Shown here piece after piece: positions 1 to 12,185 of a stretch of DNA of 64,000 nucleotides. The position numbers and the translations under genes were made by a program. Source of the stretch: Tubulanus polymorphus (Eukaryota > Animalia > Nemertea); NCBI RefSeq assembly GCF_964204645.1, contig NC_134034.1, positions 10,800,962 through 10,864,961 on the forward strand, in the 5' to 3' direction. Positions within the stretch are counted from its first letter, which is position 1, and each line of letters starts with the position of its first letter. The notes below the pieces were generated by a model. The model made no database searches. It was not told the DNA's origin and saw nothing but the letters and a program-made list of their open reading frames with translations.

Positions 1-1135
1 AAATTTTGTATTCTTTAAAACCAAGCACATAATTGGAAAATCCGGTTCCGCTTCATTCAATTAATCTTCCAACCAGTCTGAATCGGCAAGCGACTGATTG
101 GGGTCAATTAAGTTGACTGCCTATTTTAATACATCGAGATTTGGAATATCTATATTAAAAGATTGAATATTAAATAGAAAGTTTACAAGGATGAATAATT
201 CTATGTAGTTTTTACAATTCTTTGCTCTTTTTTTCATGTAAATAGTCCGAAAGTTTACAAGGTTGAATAATTTTATCTAGTTTTTACAATTCTTTGCTCT
301 TTTTTTCATGTAAATAGTCCGAAAGTTTACAAGGTTGAATAATTTTATCTAGTTTAATATTCAAAATCGGAAATCGAAGTACAGATATAGTTGTGTGATC
401 GGGGGTCGATTTTACATAAATTTTGTATTCTTTAAAACCAAGCACATAATTGGAAAATCCGGTTCCGCTTCATTCAATTAATCTTCCAACCAGTCTGACT
501 CGGCAAGCGACTGATTGGGGTCAATTAAGTTGACTGCCTATTTTAATACATCGAGATTTGGAATATCTATATTAAAGATTAAATATTAAATAGAAAGTTT
601 ACAAGGTTGAATAATTTTATCTAGTTTTTACAATTCTTTGCTCTTTTTTTTCATGTAAATAGTCCGAAAGTTTACAAGGTTGAATAATTTTATCTAGTTT
701 TTACAATTCTTTGCTCTTTTTTTTAATGTTTAAAATATTCCGCAAAGTTTACAAGATTGAATAATTTTATCTAGTTTCTACAATTCTTTGCTCTTTTTTT
801 CATGTAAATAGTCTGAAAGTTTACAAGGTTGAATAATTCTATCTAGTTTTTACAATTCTTTGCTCTTTTTTTTCATGCAAATAGTCCAAAAGTTTACAAG
901 GTTGAATAATTTTATCTAGTTTTATATTCAAAATCGGAAATCGAAGTACAGATATAGTTGTGTGATCAGGGGTCGATTTTACATAAATTTTGTTTTCTTT
1001 AAAACCAAGCACATAATTGGAAAATCCGGTTCCGCTTCATTCAATTAATCTTCCAACCAGTCTGAATCGGCAAGCGTATTTCTGACTGCCTATTTTGATA
1101 CATCGAGATTTGGAATATCTATATTACAAGGTTGA
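1..1135. repeat. Hierarchical tandem repeat: ~420-570 bp higher-order unit with a variable number of ~80 bp subunits; truncated by the window edge
   Basis: aaattttgtattctttaaaaccaagcacataattgg (or near-identical) recurs at 1, 418 and ~986; subunit aaagtttacaaggttgaataattttatctagtt recurs ~8 times. Confidence 0.9.
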
Positions 1136-1299
1136 AGATCGTTTTGTACATTTTATGACTAGTTGATTAATAGAATAGCTGAAAAAGAACAAAATCGTGT
1201 GAGCAGAAAATCCTTTCGAATACCACTGATCCTGATTAACGTGTCAATTTATATATATACATATAGTGCAAACTTGCCAGTAATATTGCCCCCTATATA

Positions 1300-3975
1300 G
1301 GCTACATTTCGATTGTCAGCTTAACCATGTTCATATTATCAAATTAACTTAATCATCAATTAATAAACTTTAAGAGATATGTTCTCTACCCACAGATGGT
1401 GACATCTGTGCCCAGTGATTGGTATTCTCATCCGTTTCAGTAATTCTAAATATCGCACGTAAAATATATACAATGATCTTGTAATTATGATAATGTAACT
1501 AACAAGAGTGAGTGTGCTGATCCTATAAGTAACATGGTTCTACAGATTTAAGAAACCTTGAATCATCCCCATACCTTGACAAATCCAGAATTCTGCAAAG
1601 CCTTAATGATTCAATAAATCCCACGCACAAGATACAAGAGTTAAAACACACCCCGTATAGGGTATAGGTCTAAACCAATAGTTAATTATACAGTTGTCTT
1701 ATCAACCCATATGATTTGGATTCGAGCACTTTTACCTTATATGAAGATGCTGAGTTAATCTTTATTGTAGATACCTAATAAATCAATTAATGTCCTAGCT
1801 ATAATTAAAATTGTCTCGGACAATATTTCATATGGGGCTTGAAATTTCTACCCAAGAAGAATTTCAGATCCGGCATAAATTTGGATTCATCATTATTTCA
1901 ACTGCTAATTTTGCATCAGAGCTTTTTTGATACCTAGCTTAACGAACCCAGAATTCCCCAAAACCTAACTGATTCAACAGATCCCACACACATGTGGCCC
2001 AGTTAGATGAAGACAACATTGCACGATACCGTCGTCTCATCCACTGCGCTATTTCTTAAATAATTTCCACTTGTATTCATTATATTGAATTAACTTTGAA
2101 CTAATTTTCTATATATCTAAGCGATCCATTAATAAGTCATCATACTAGCTACATCTTAATTGTCAGTCAACAATATCTATATTTATATGGAGCCTGAAAA
2201 TCTACACGAGTAGAATTTCAGATGTGGTGAATTCATCACTATTTGAATTCATCAGAACTTAAGATAAAAGCACATTTTTAGTGGTAAATTAGAAATTGCC
2301 TTATAGCCGAATTGCAATGTAATCTTTATTTCTTTTATATCTTTTACAGTACACTGTGTATAAGGATCGAAAGACCTTGTTATGACCGGACCTCCCTGGT
2401 GCGGTGCAAGACATGATGCTGGAATATAGTTTGAAGGAGAGGGGTTAGTAAAAGAGAGCTATTAGCAAGAGGATTAAGACCTAAGTTAAGGATATCCTGT
2501 CAGATTAAGGCTCTCAATCTGACATACACAGTGAAATTGAAGTATTCTCCCTTCCAAATTCAGGAATGTATTTGTGCACAGATTTGTTTTATCTCCCTTC
2601 AATCGGAAGTAAATCTGCGTTAAATGAATTTGGCAATATGTATCAAAACTAATACAGCTGTATGACGACACAATAGGTTCACTTTAGATACAGATAAATG
2701 ATTAATTTGCTCAGATACACATGTATCAGCTACATTTTAAATGTCAATGGACTTGAATTAAAAATAATTTCACATAACAATTGAATTAACCTTAATTGTA
2801 GATATCTAAGTAATACGTTAATGAGTAATTCATCTTAGCTATATTCTAATTGTCAGTTAATAAACAATATCTATTATGCGTCACTTGACACACAGTATGG
2901 CTTTTAGATATCATTTGAATCAGTAAGGTTTTGGTAAATTTTGGTAATATTGAAGCGCATGACCAGTCGCCGTAAGTACGGCAGTTGGAGATGTAAATAC
3001 TGATCAGTCGATGAGACTGATTCACTTATTATATAGATATATTCAAATATACATATATCTATATCTAAATTGTCAGTTTAATGATATTTATAATGGACCT
3101 GTATCACATATAAATTATTTCATACATAGCATGTAAATAGTTTTTGATCTTACATGAAATATTAAATTCATCTCAATTGTGGATATCTAAGCCATTGGTT
3201 AATGAGCAATTTGTCCTCGCTATATATATGATGATTGTCAGGTAAACAATAATAATAGCCCAAAACAAGGCACAGAGTATGGCTCTGGGGAATGTTTGGA
3301 TCAATTAAAGCTTTTTTTATTCTAGATTTATCAAAGTGCTAAGACCTAATCACAGTTTCTAAAAGACCTGCAGTCCATAGTTTTCCCCATATATATTACA
3401 CCAGATCTCGATAGAGCCCTAGACACTATTTTATACATCTTTCCCCCAGGAATTCATTAATGCAATGGGTAAAGCAGCATATAATATACATTGTAAAGTG
3501 CCCCAATGTTTATAAATGACATTTGTATCAATATATTATTTGTAAAAAATCTATTAACCGACGATAAAGTTTAATTGATATATATCTTTACAAGTTAAGC
3601 CAGCCTAAATGTATATGGGGCCCTAAAATATCTACACCTGAAGAATTTCTCTTCAAACATTATAAGATATCGAATGATTGCTAATATCTAAGCGATTGGT
3701 TAATTAGTAAATTGTCCTATCTATATCTTGATAGTCAGTTAAACAAGCCATATGAGGCCTGAAATGTCTACAGTACATTCGGAAAATTTCACATAAGATA
3801 TTGAATTTGCCTTAATTGTACATACCTTAAAAATCTTTTAATCAATAAATGACCAATCTACATTTTAATTATCAGACCAAAGAATATTCAAGGGACCTCA
3901 CTCAATCATTTCGTCTAATATTGTAAATATTCAAGCAACCATTGCCCTAGCTATATTTCAATTTACTTTTAACAA
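1300..3975. repeat. Old, highly diverged AT-rich repeat array
   Basis: Motif aattgtagatatctaag...tagctata...aattgtcag recurs degenerately at ~1765, 2105, 2795, 3175, 3680, 3815 and 3920. Confidence 0.6.
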
Positions 3976-4440
3976 TATACCGGCCATAAGAGCTTCAATG
4001 AAGTAGTGCGGAGATGGTGAGCTTGACCAGCGTCTGTATCCTCACCAGTGCCTATGCATTCTACTCCAGATATGAAAAATCAACTTAGCTTTATGTATGT
4101 ATGCTTCCTGTTGCCATGCAGGATGAGACTGCCAGGTTTGGTTGCGGCAGGTTTTTCGGTGTTTGGTTCATTCAACGTGGAGTCTTTTGTGGGCACTTCT
4201 AGCGGGTAGATTTTCGATGGCCTTTCCGGATTAACCTGAAATGAGTAAAAGAACGATATTCTGTAGTTACACAATCCTTTCTGTATCATACATCGTAACT
4301 TACACATGTATCAACTTAACTTTCAATATTGATGAGTTCAGTGTTCTTTTTTGGCCATCTTCTGTAGTCGCCTTCTAGCATCTTCTTCATCTTGGGGGTC
4401 CTGAAATGAAAAAAAAGAGAAGAGCGATGAAAACCTGGTA

Positions 4441-5215
4441 CGGAATAAAACTAATGTCCGAAAGCTTTTCAGCTCTCCGTCGCCGGTCACATGCCGAGAA
4501 CACCAGACAATGAGCCAGCCAGGAATATACTGCCCTCTACACGCCCTCACACAGAACGCGAAAACCAGAATGACAACGCCTCACATTCCCCATCTAACTG
4601 CAGGATGTACTGGGCGACGTCAGTAACTGACACACCTGTAAAATTGCTCGAAACACAAATAGCGCAGTACAACCAGCTTGACCGGGTTGAGATTCAGGAT
4701 CTCAACTAGCACTCAAAGGCGTGACAAGAGACTTCATCCACTGACCGAGGTAGTCACAAGGACTCAATGAAACTAGCACTCACAAGCCGACAAGAGACTT
4801 CATCTCTGCCCGAGGTTGTCACAAGGACACAATGAAAACTAGCACTCAAACTAGAAATCAAAGGGCGTGACAGTAGAATCATCCCTCAGCCGACTCAGAA
4901 TACCAGAAACAAAGGGCGTGACAGTAGAATCATCCCTCATCCGGGTGGTCACAAGGACCAATGAATGCTAGTGGCGTGACAATCCAGTATAACCACTCCA
5001 TTTGTATCCCGCGCAATCCCACAGATATGCCCGTCATTGACATCACTCAGCACACTTTGTAGATAGGTGGGGGCAGTGAGCCCTCGTCATCCTGGTTTGT
5101 GTTCTGTATGAGGGCTTGTAGAGGGCAGAATTTCCTGACCGACTCTTTGTCTGACATCCTCGACACATGACCGGCGAAGGAGAGCTGACGCTTTCGGACA
5201 TTAGTTTTGTTCCAG
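4441..5215 (-). other. Long imperfect inverted repeat (arms ~4441-4625 and ~5036-5215) enclosing an internal repeat cluster (4705-4980); candidate structured RNA
   Basis: Reverse complement of 4441-4623 aligns by eye to 5038-5214 (e.g. tgaccggcga.ggagagctga...gctttcggacattagtttt); mismatches are mostly G-U compatible on the minus strand. Confidence 0.8.
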
Positions 5216-5379
5216 CAAACGTTGAAATTCGACAGAGAAATCGGCCCTGAAAAATAAAACGGGTAAGAACCTGCAAAAAAGAACGGGTTAATAAACACGG
5301 AACAGTACAGGACAGTACGGAGACGAACAGTAACACATAAAACATAAAGACGTCGTTCCTCAGGAAGCAGGAACAGGAG

Positions 5380-5680
5380 CAGGAGCGCAGCGAAAATCGC
5401 CAGGAGGAGAATCCACGGTAGCATGTTCACAGTGTGAGTGTGCAGAAGTGAATGGCCTATGCTTCCGTACACCGTGGTCAGCCGGTGACGTGTTCAATAG
5501 TGCGTGTCAGAATGATATCAACAACTCTGAAAAGCTGCAATTGTGTCTCTATTGTTGAATGGATTGACATTGAGAGCTTATAGAAGTTGAATGATAAGGT
5601 CTCTTATCGGGTTGAATACACGCCAGTAGCCAGCTGAACAATATCATGGAACTTTAATAAGGCTATAAAAATAAATTTCT
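5380..5680. repeat. Dispersed repeat, copy 1 (copy 2 at 34295-34605)
   Basis: Collinear shared blocks: cgccaggag..aatccacgg.agcatg, gtggtcagccggtgac, gaatgatatcaacaa, gccagtagccagctgaacaatatc.tggaactttaataaggc. Confidence 0.85.
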
Positions 5681-7361
5681 AACCATGGATATAGTTAATC
5701 TTAAGTTACTATGAAACAATAATTTTGAAGCAGACCTCACACGGCAGCTCGCGCAACCGAATTTCTCGCGACCTGTGGTGACAGGTCTGCATTAAAACTG
5801 ATATAAATAGAAAAAAAACTTCTTGCTTTAAATTTTGCTTTAAATTGATGAGTTGATTTAAAATCAGTCTCAATAAAATCAGTCTCTATATTGCATTCGG
5901 CTATTTTACATGTACATCATAAAAACAATGAATATAAATAGTGAGACTTCAGGACAGTGAGGAGTAATGCCGGCGAACTGTGATAGTGAGCAGATATTTT
6001 TCATTGTCTTATTGCGGAAACGAAATATCAAGACCTCGATTCAGCTATCGAAAATATTCTCTTACTTCTACATTAATTAATTCATCTATGCCCGAGACTT
6101 ATTTTTTCCCTTTAATACAGAAATAAGTCATAGTTTACACATAAATATTTTCTTCTTATAAATCAAGCTTTCAAATGAATTATTTGTCAGAACATTTTCC
6201 TTATCGTTATTGTTGAATCATTTTCGATATTAACGACGGGTCAGAATATTCATTCAACTCAAAATGTTCGTCCATTCGTCTAGCACTTGCCTAGATATTT
6301 CGCCGTTTCGTCAAATATTGTTGTGAGTTTGGGTTTTTTTCGGGACCTGACAGGTTCTGGAAACTCTACAGACAGACCTGAATCATATGGCGTGACAAGC
6401 CGGGGCTTGTGACGCCATATGCAGCAGGTCTTAAGATTGCGCGTCCCTATCAACATTTCATCGTCAAAAATGGTAAGATTTTCGGGTCGACCCGAACTGA
6501 TTGATAATCAAATTTGACCCAGTCGACAGTTTATACGAAATTGAGGTCGTAATCGTTCGTTATCTGCTCTAGATTTGGCATGACACCGGCCCCAAATTGA
6601 TTGCGAATACGCTAATCGCCAGTCGGTCGATTTATTTAGGTTGGACAGACACACTTATAACTGCAAAATGCTATCTTTATTTATTCGGATTTTTGTCTGT
6701 TTATCGTAAGATCTAGAAACCATGCACGTGACCCTAGAAAAATATATGCGCAGACTTTTGAGCCATTGGTTTTTACATTAGTAAGCCTTTCTTTAGATAG
6801 AGCTAAAATCTAAATCGCAATGGGTGAGCTCGAGTAACTAAGTCTCGTTTTTGAACGGGTGTGTGCATCGTTTTTCAAAGCTAGGCTTATGTTAGAAATG
6901 ATATAATTGTTTAAACTACCACCAGTACTTCATTCAAAAAGGTAAGGATTTTGACCGCAATTTTCAAGAAGGGAGTCTAAGTATTTCCAAGGTTTTAGAC
7001 CAGGGGCCAGTTGCTTGAAAGTCGGTTCACTAGTGGATAGTTGATAATTATTATTTAATTTCATTGTTACTATGGTATTTTAAAATATCTGTCGGCTATC
7101 TTTTTAACCAATTTTTGACCAAGCTGCAGCCCTTGGTCACTTACGCCTGGACTTAAGGAGAAAAAGCATTTATTAATGTTTACTGACACACATCTAACAT
7201 TTATCATTTCATAGTTATTGAAATTTTTCCCTGAGCTATGAAAATATGTAGGGAAAGATTTCTTAAGAATTATCCCTAAGATGAACAATTTTCCAAAAAA
7301 ATTACTCCACAGGCTTGCCTTAGTTTCAATCGAGAACTGGTCCCAGTTGGACGGGACCACG

Positions 7362-10300
7362 ATGGCGTCACCTACTAATGAAAAGACTCCGTTACTGATG
7401 GGTCGAAAAGCTAGCACCGAATCTCAAGATGGTGAAGGACTGCACCAGAAGCAGCAGCAGCAGCTATCCTGTTGCCAACGATTTGCAGGTAATGGACAAT
7501 CTGAATTAACCCTTTCAATAAGTGTTGGAGATGATTTGAAAATCTTGAAAAAATTCCACCCTAGTGTTTTGTAGTTTGGTATAACAGGTAAACAGTGTGT
7601 CTACACCTCAGTGCGGTGTATCGTTAGTCAGTAATGACGTTTAGCCATTTGACAGGATCTGCCATCTTTCATTAGGGATGAAAATTAATTACATCCTGAA
7701 TTAAATCTTTGAACCTGATGGCATCGTGAGACTTTGCCGGCCACATTCCCTTGTTGCAGGGATTTGTATCTGATGACACTGCCTCGTTCCTCCCTTGCAG
7801 GATTAGAACCTGAGGGCATCGTGAGACTCTGCTATGTTTATCCCTAAAACTACATAAAAATTTTCCGACGGCTTCGATTTGAAAAAGTGACATTAACTCA
7901 GCTTGTTGTTTTAGCTTGGCTTCAGAGCGTCGATTTCAGCGTTTATTGCAGTCATGCTTTGTCTGCCTGGGTAAGTTAAAAACAATTTAGGAAATCAAAG
8001 TTCAATACTGAAAAATGACTGCTGACCCAGAAGTATGAGATATCTCACAGAGGCTCTGAGGCAATGATGCACAAGATTTAAAGAGATTCTAATAATTTTA
8101 GGGTGATCGAATGTGGTCGTTTGCAGTTGGAATGTATCTCGTTAAATTGGATGGTAACTCGTTACGATTGTCGGCGATCTACGGATTTTCAGCCGGTGTC
8201 CTGATTTTATTGTTCGGCGCGGTAATCGGCGACTGGGTCGATCGCAATCCGAGACTTAGAGGTACGTACAATTCCGTTGGTGGCAAGTGAACATTTGCTG
8301 ATATGGGCAGTAGGACATCAACTGCTGCGGTAATAGAGGATTCCACTAATGGTAAGTGATCCACGTGATCCACCAGGTGTCGCTAGCGTGCAGTAGGACA
8401 TCAACTGCTGCGGTAATAAGAGGATTCCACTTATGGCGAGTAAGGATCCACCAGGTGTCGCTAGCGTGCAGTAGACTATCAACTACTGCAGCAACTTTTC
8501 ATATAAAACTATATAAAGTTTGATTGAAAATTGATAATATTCGATTCGACAGGCACGCCATCTGGCGGGGAAATCTCCTCATTAACTCTATCGATTTTCA
8601 TTTTCTTCAATTAATCATTAAACGAATTTTCGGAGTTAAGTAGTAAAACGTGTCAGCCCGCCCCGAAAAACGTTCTTATTCAGAAATTCATTTTTCAGTC
8701 GCCCGGACGACGCTGATTTTACAAAACGTCGTCGTGATATTGTGCGCCGGCCTCGTTTACGCCGAGTTTCAGTTTCCGGCCGTTTCGACGTTGTGGGACG
8801 GCTGGATGAAGGTCCTCTGCGAAGCCGGTATCGTCGTGCTAACGTGTCTCGCTCGTTTGGCCAGTCTCGGCAATACGATCTCGATCGAACGCGATTGGAT
8901 CGTCGAGATCTGCGCTCGCGATAAAACCATACTTACCAGTAAGTTATACATACGTATTAAACTGAAGATTAGAGAAGATGGATGCTTCCGTAAATCACCC
9001 TATGACATCATCGATTTACCAGTTCATTTGGTTTTTAGACCTTTTCAGAAAAGATGGCTACTTCTGTAAATGCCCTTATGACATCATCAAACCATTGATT
9101 ACAACTAATGACCTATAGACCCTTCTAAACAAAGATGTCTGCTTCCATAAATCCCCCTATGACATCATCAAATTATCTACTAATGAATCAATCTTAAGAT
9201 CCTGGATTCTTCCATAAATCCCCCTATGACATCATCACATCATCTACTAGTGAATCAATCTTAAGATCCAAGACTCTTCCATAAATCCCCCTATGACATC
9301 ATCATATCATCTACTAATGAATCAATCTTAAGATCCAGGACTCTTCCATAAATCTCCCTATAACATCATCAAAGTATCTACTATTGAATCAATCTTTCGA
9401 TCCTGGATTATTCCATAAATCCCCCTATGACACCATCAAAATTACCAATTGATTTGTTTCATAGACCTTTTTTCAGAAAAAGATGGCTACTTCTATAAAT
9501 CCCCCTATGACATCATCAAATTACTTGATATAGTTGTTTGTGTGTATTGTAGGTATGAGCGCGATATTGAGACGTATTGATCTAGTGACTAATATCCTCG
9601 CGCCTGTGATCGTCGGTCAGATCATGACGTATGCCGGTGATCAGATCTCGTGTATATTCATCGCAGCGTGGAACCTAGTATCGATGTTCGTCGAGTATTT
9701 CCTCATCTGGAAAGTTTACAATCGGGTGCCGGCGTTACATCATAAAATCTACAAAAAACATCAACAAACAGGTGAGTAAATAATCAAATTATTGTTCGAT
9801 TTCTATGGTTCGCTTTTGAAGTCTATCGACGGGTTAGCGACATCTAGTTATGAAAATCCTTGAAACGCCTGCAAATTGTAACGAGAATTATGGGAATTGA
9901 ATTATCAATATCAATGAGATAAATTACCGACAACCTTCTACTGGGGCCGTATCGAGTACAGAGTGGCACCACTGAACTGGAAAACCTAGAAAACTCTCGG
10001 AAAAAATCGAAAGAATTTGAGAAAAAAAAATAAACTGGAAATCTCGGGGAATTTGACAAATTTTATCGAAACCTAAAAAACTGAATAAATCGAAACATTT
10101 TAAACTTAAAGAAATTTTAAAAGAAATTCCTCTGATTCACTCACGAAATTTTTTTCCACGATGACTAAGTTTTACTGAATCGGCCCCTTATCCTTTTGCA
10201 GAGTCTAAGAATAAAGAAGAAACGGAACGTCTGCCCGCGACGTCTTCTAAAGACGGCGGTGATGATGATGAAGATGATGTCGATGATGATGAGAACAATC

Positions 10301-12185
10301 AGCAGCGCTCGGATAAGGATAAACTAGAGACGATAAACGCGCCGGTCGAACCGCCAAAACTGAAAGGATTCATGTTGGTTTTAAGTCGTTTCGTAATGTT
10401 GTATAAAGGTTGGGGTATATACGCGCGACAGTCGGTGTGTCTGGCCGGACTCGCGCTCGCTACCTTATACATGACTGTTCTAGGATTCGACAGCATCACT
10501 ACGGGTTCGTTCTCTTCTTTACTCGAACTGTTCGTTAATTTCTTGAGTTGGGGATCTCTTTTGAGAGGCTAATAGAGTTGTCAAACCGGTTTTTAGACCA
10601 ATCTTACTAGTTGAGACAAGTCTAAGCTTATTTTGGTTCTAACCAATCTAACAACTTAAGACATGTCTAAACTCATTTTAGTTCTATAACCAATTCAACA
10701 ACTTAAGACATGTCTAAGCTTATTTTGGTCCTATAGCCAATCCAACAACTTAAGACCAGTCTAAACTCATTTTAGTTCTAAAGACAAGCTAAGAACTTAA
10801 GACCAGTCTAAACTCATTTTAGTTCTAAAGACAACCTAAGAACTTAAGACCAGTCTAAACTCATTTTAGTTCTAAAGACAACCTAAGAACTTAAGACCAG
10901 TCTAAACTCATTTTAGTTCTAAAGACAACCTAAGAACTTAAGACCAGTCTAAACTCATTTTAGTTCTAAAGACAACCTAAGAACTTAAGACCAGTCTAAA
11001 CTCATTTTAGTTCTAAAGACAACCTAAGAACTTTAGACCAGTCTAAACTCATTTTAGTTCTAAAGACAACCTAAGAACTTAAGACCAGTCTAAACTCATT
11101 TTAGTTCTAAAGACAACCTAAGAACTTAAGACCAGTCTAAACTCATTTTAGTTCTTAAGACAACCCAAGAACTTAAGATCAGTCAAAGAATTGATGTTTA
11201 ATATTTTCTTTTTGTGTAGGTTTCGCGATAACACAAGGCGTAACGGAGTCGTTCGTCAGCGGAATGATGGCGGCCGGCGCGATAACCGGAATCATCGGCA
11301 CGTACGTTTACGAGCGTCTGCGCAATCGACTCGGCCTGATTCGAACCGGTTTGTTCTCGTTGACCGCCGAGATATTGTGTTTAACGTTGTGCGTCGCGTC
11401 GATCTGGGCGCCGGGAAGTCCGTTCGATCCGACCGGCGCAAAAGCGGCCGCCCGAAATTGCTCGCAGCCGACTCCGCCGTCCAACCTAACCCTGCTACCT
11501 CATTCATCCGCGGAAAATTCCCCGTACGTGTTTTCTGAAAACGGCAGCACGCCCGGACGATCTTTACTGAGCGTCGCGGAACTGAAAAATTTCGTAGAAA
11601 TAGGAGATATTCAAGAAGGCAGCTATGGCAGTCGTAAACTGCTCGCGATCGCGGATGTCGTCGACGACGGTTGCCAGACGGAATTTTCGTATTTGTCGAT
11701 CGGGCTTTTGATGGCCGGAATCGTCGCGGCCAGATTCGGTAAGTATCGACAGAAACCGATCGGAACCTGCCTTAGTCACGCCATCTGGTGGTGTGTGCCA
11801 GCACCTGATCATAGATCGGCTATTAACAGCAGTTTGTCTTTTTTCAGGTTTATGGATGTCCGATTTAACGATTACGCAGTTGTTCCTGGAGACGGTTCAC
11901 GAGACGGAACGCGGGGTCGTCAACGGCGTTCAATCGTCGTGCAACAATATCATGGATATGTTAAAGTTCGCGCTGGTTATAGTGTTACCCGATCCGCCGA
12001 CGTTCGGGATACTGATTCTGATATCGTTTCTGTTTATTTGCCTGGGATTCGTGTTCTACGCCGGCTACTCGTATCGCGTTCGCGGACATTTCTTTCACAT
12101 TAAAGATTTCGCGGAGACTTACGATTACATCATTCGTCATCAGATTATACCTGTAGATACAGAGATGGGAATTGCGTATATGTGA
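7362..12185 (+). CDS. SLC40A1: Ferroportin (solute carrier family 40 member 1); coding exons 7362-7488, 7915-7970, 8102-8261, 8699-8938, 9553-9771, 10202-10504, 11220-11738, 11848-12185
   Basis: Spliced translation gives family motifs YCSHALSAWGDRMWSFAV, IERDWIV, RRIDLVTNILAP, LYMTVLGFDSITTG, RFGLWMSDLTITQL, ERGVVNGVQ; all introns GT-AG and in frame. Confidence 0.97.
8975..9530. repeat. Intronic minisatellite (~70 bp unit, core ccataaatccccctatgacatcatcaaa); same family reversed at 17060-17450 and 47990-48240
   Basis: About 7 copies of the core here; reverse-complement core gatgatgtcatagggg at the other two loci. Confidence 0.9.
10590..11185. repeat. 47-bp tandem minisatellite; same family at 47020-47410 (reverse), 53255-53730 and 54300-54640
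   Basis: ttaagaccagtctaaactcattttagttctaaagacaacctaagaac repeated ~12 times. Confidence 0.95.

Noticed and set aside
4735-4780. Hammerhead ribozyme at ctgaccga...gaaac
   Set aside because: Core has an extra base relative to CUGANGA, and stems I and III cannot be formed
5047-5472. 141-aa and 100-aa minus-strand ORFs as a bona fide protein gene
   Set aside because: No recognisable domain, they cross splice-acceptor-like tracts and a hairpin arm, and only the first ~20 codons from the ATG at 5424 are conserved in the second copy
7335-7362. Possible 5'-UTR iron-responsive element before the ferroportin ATG (tggtcccagttggacgggacca)
   Set aside because: A hairpin forms, but the loop is CAGUUG-containing rather than CAGUGN with a C-bulge + 5-bp stem; I saw no canonical IRE in 6000-7360
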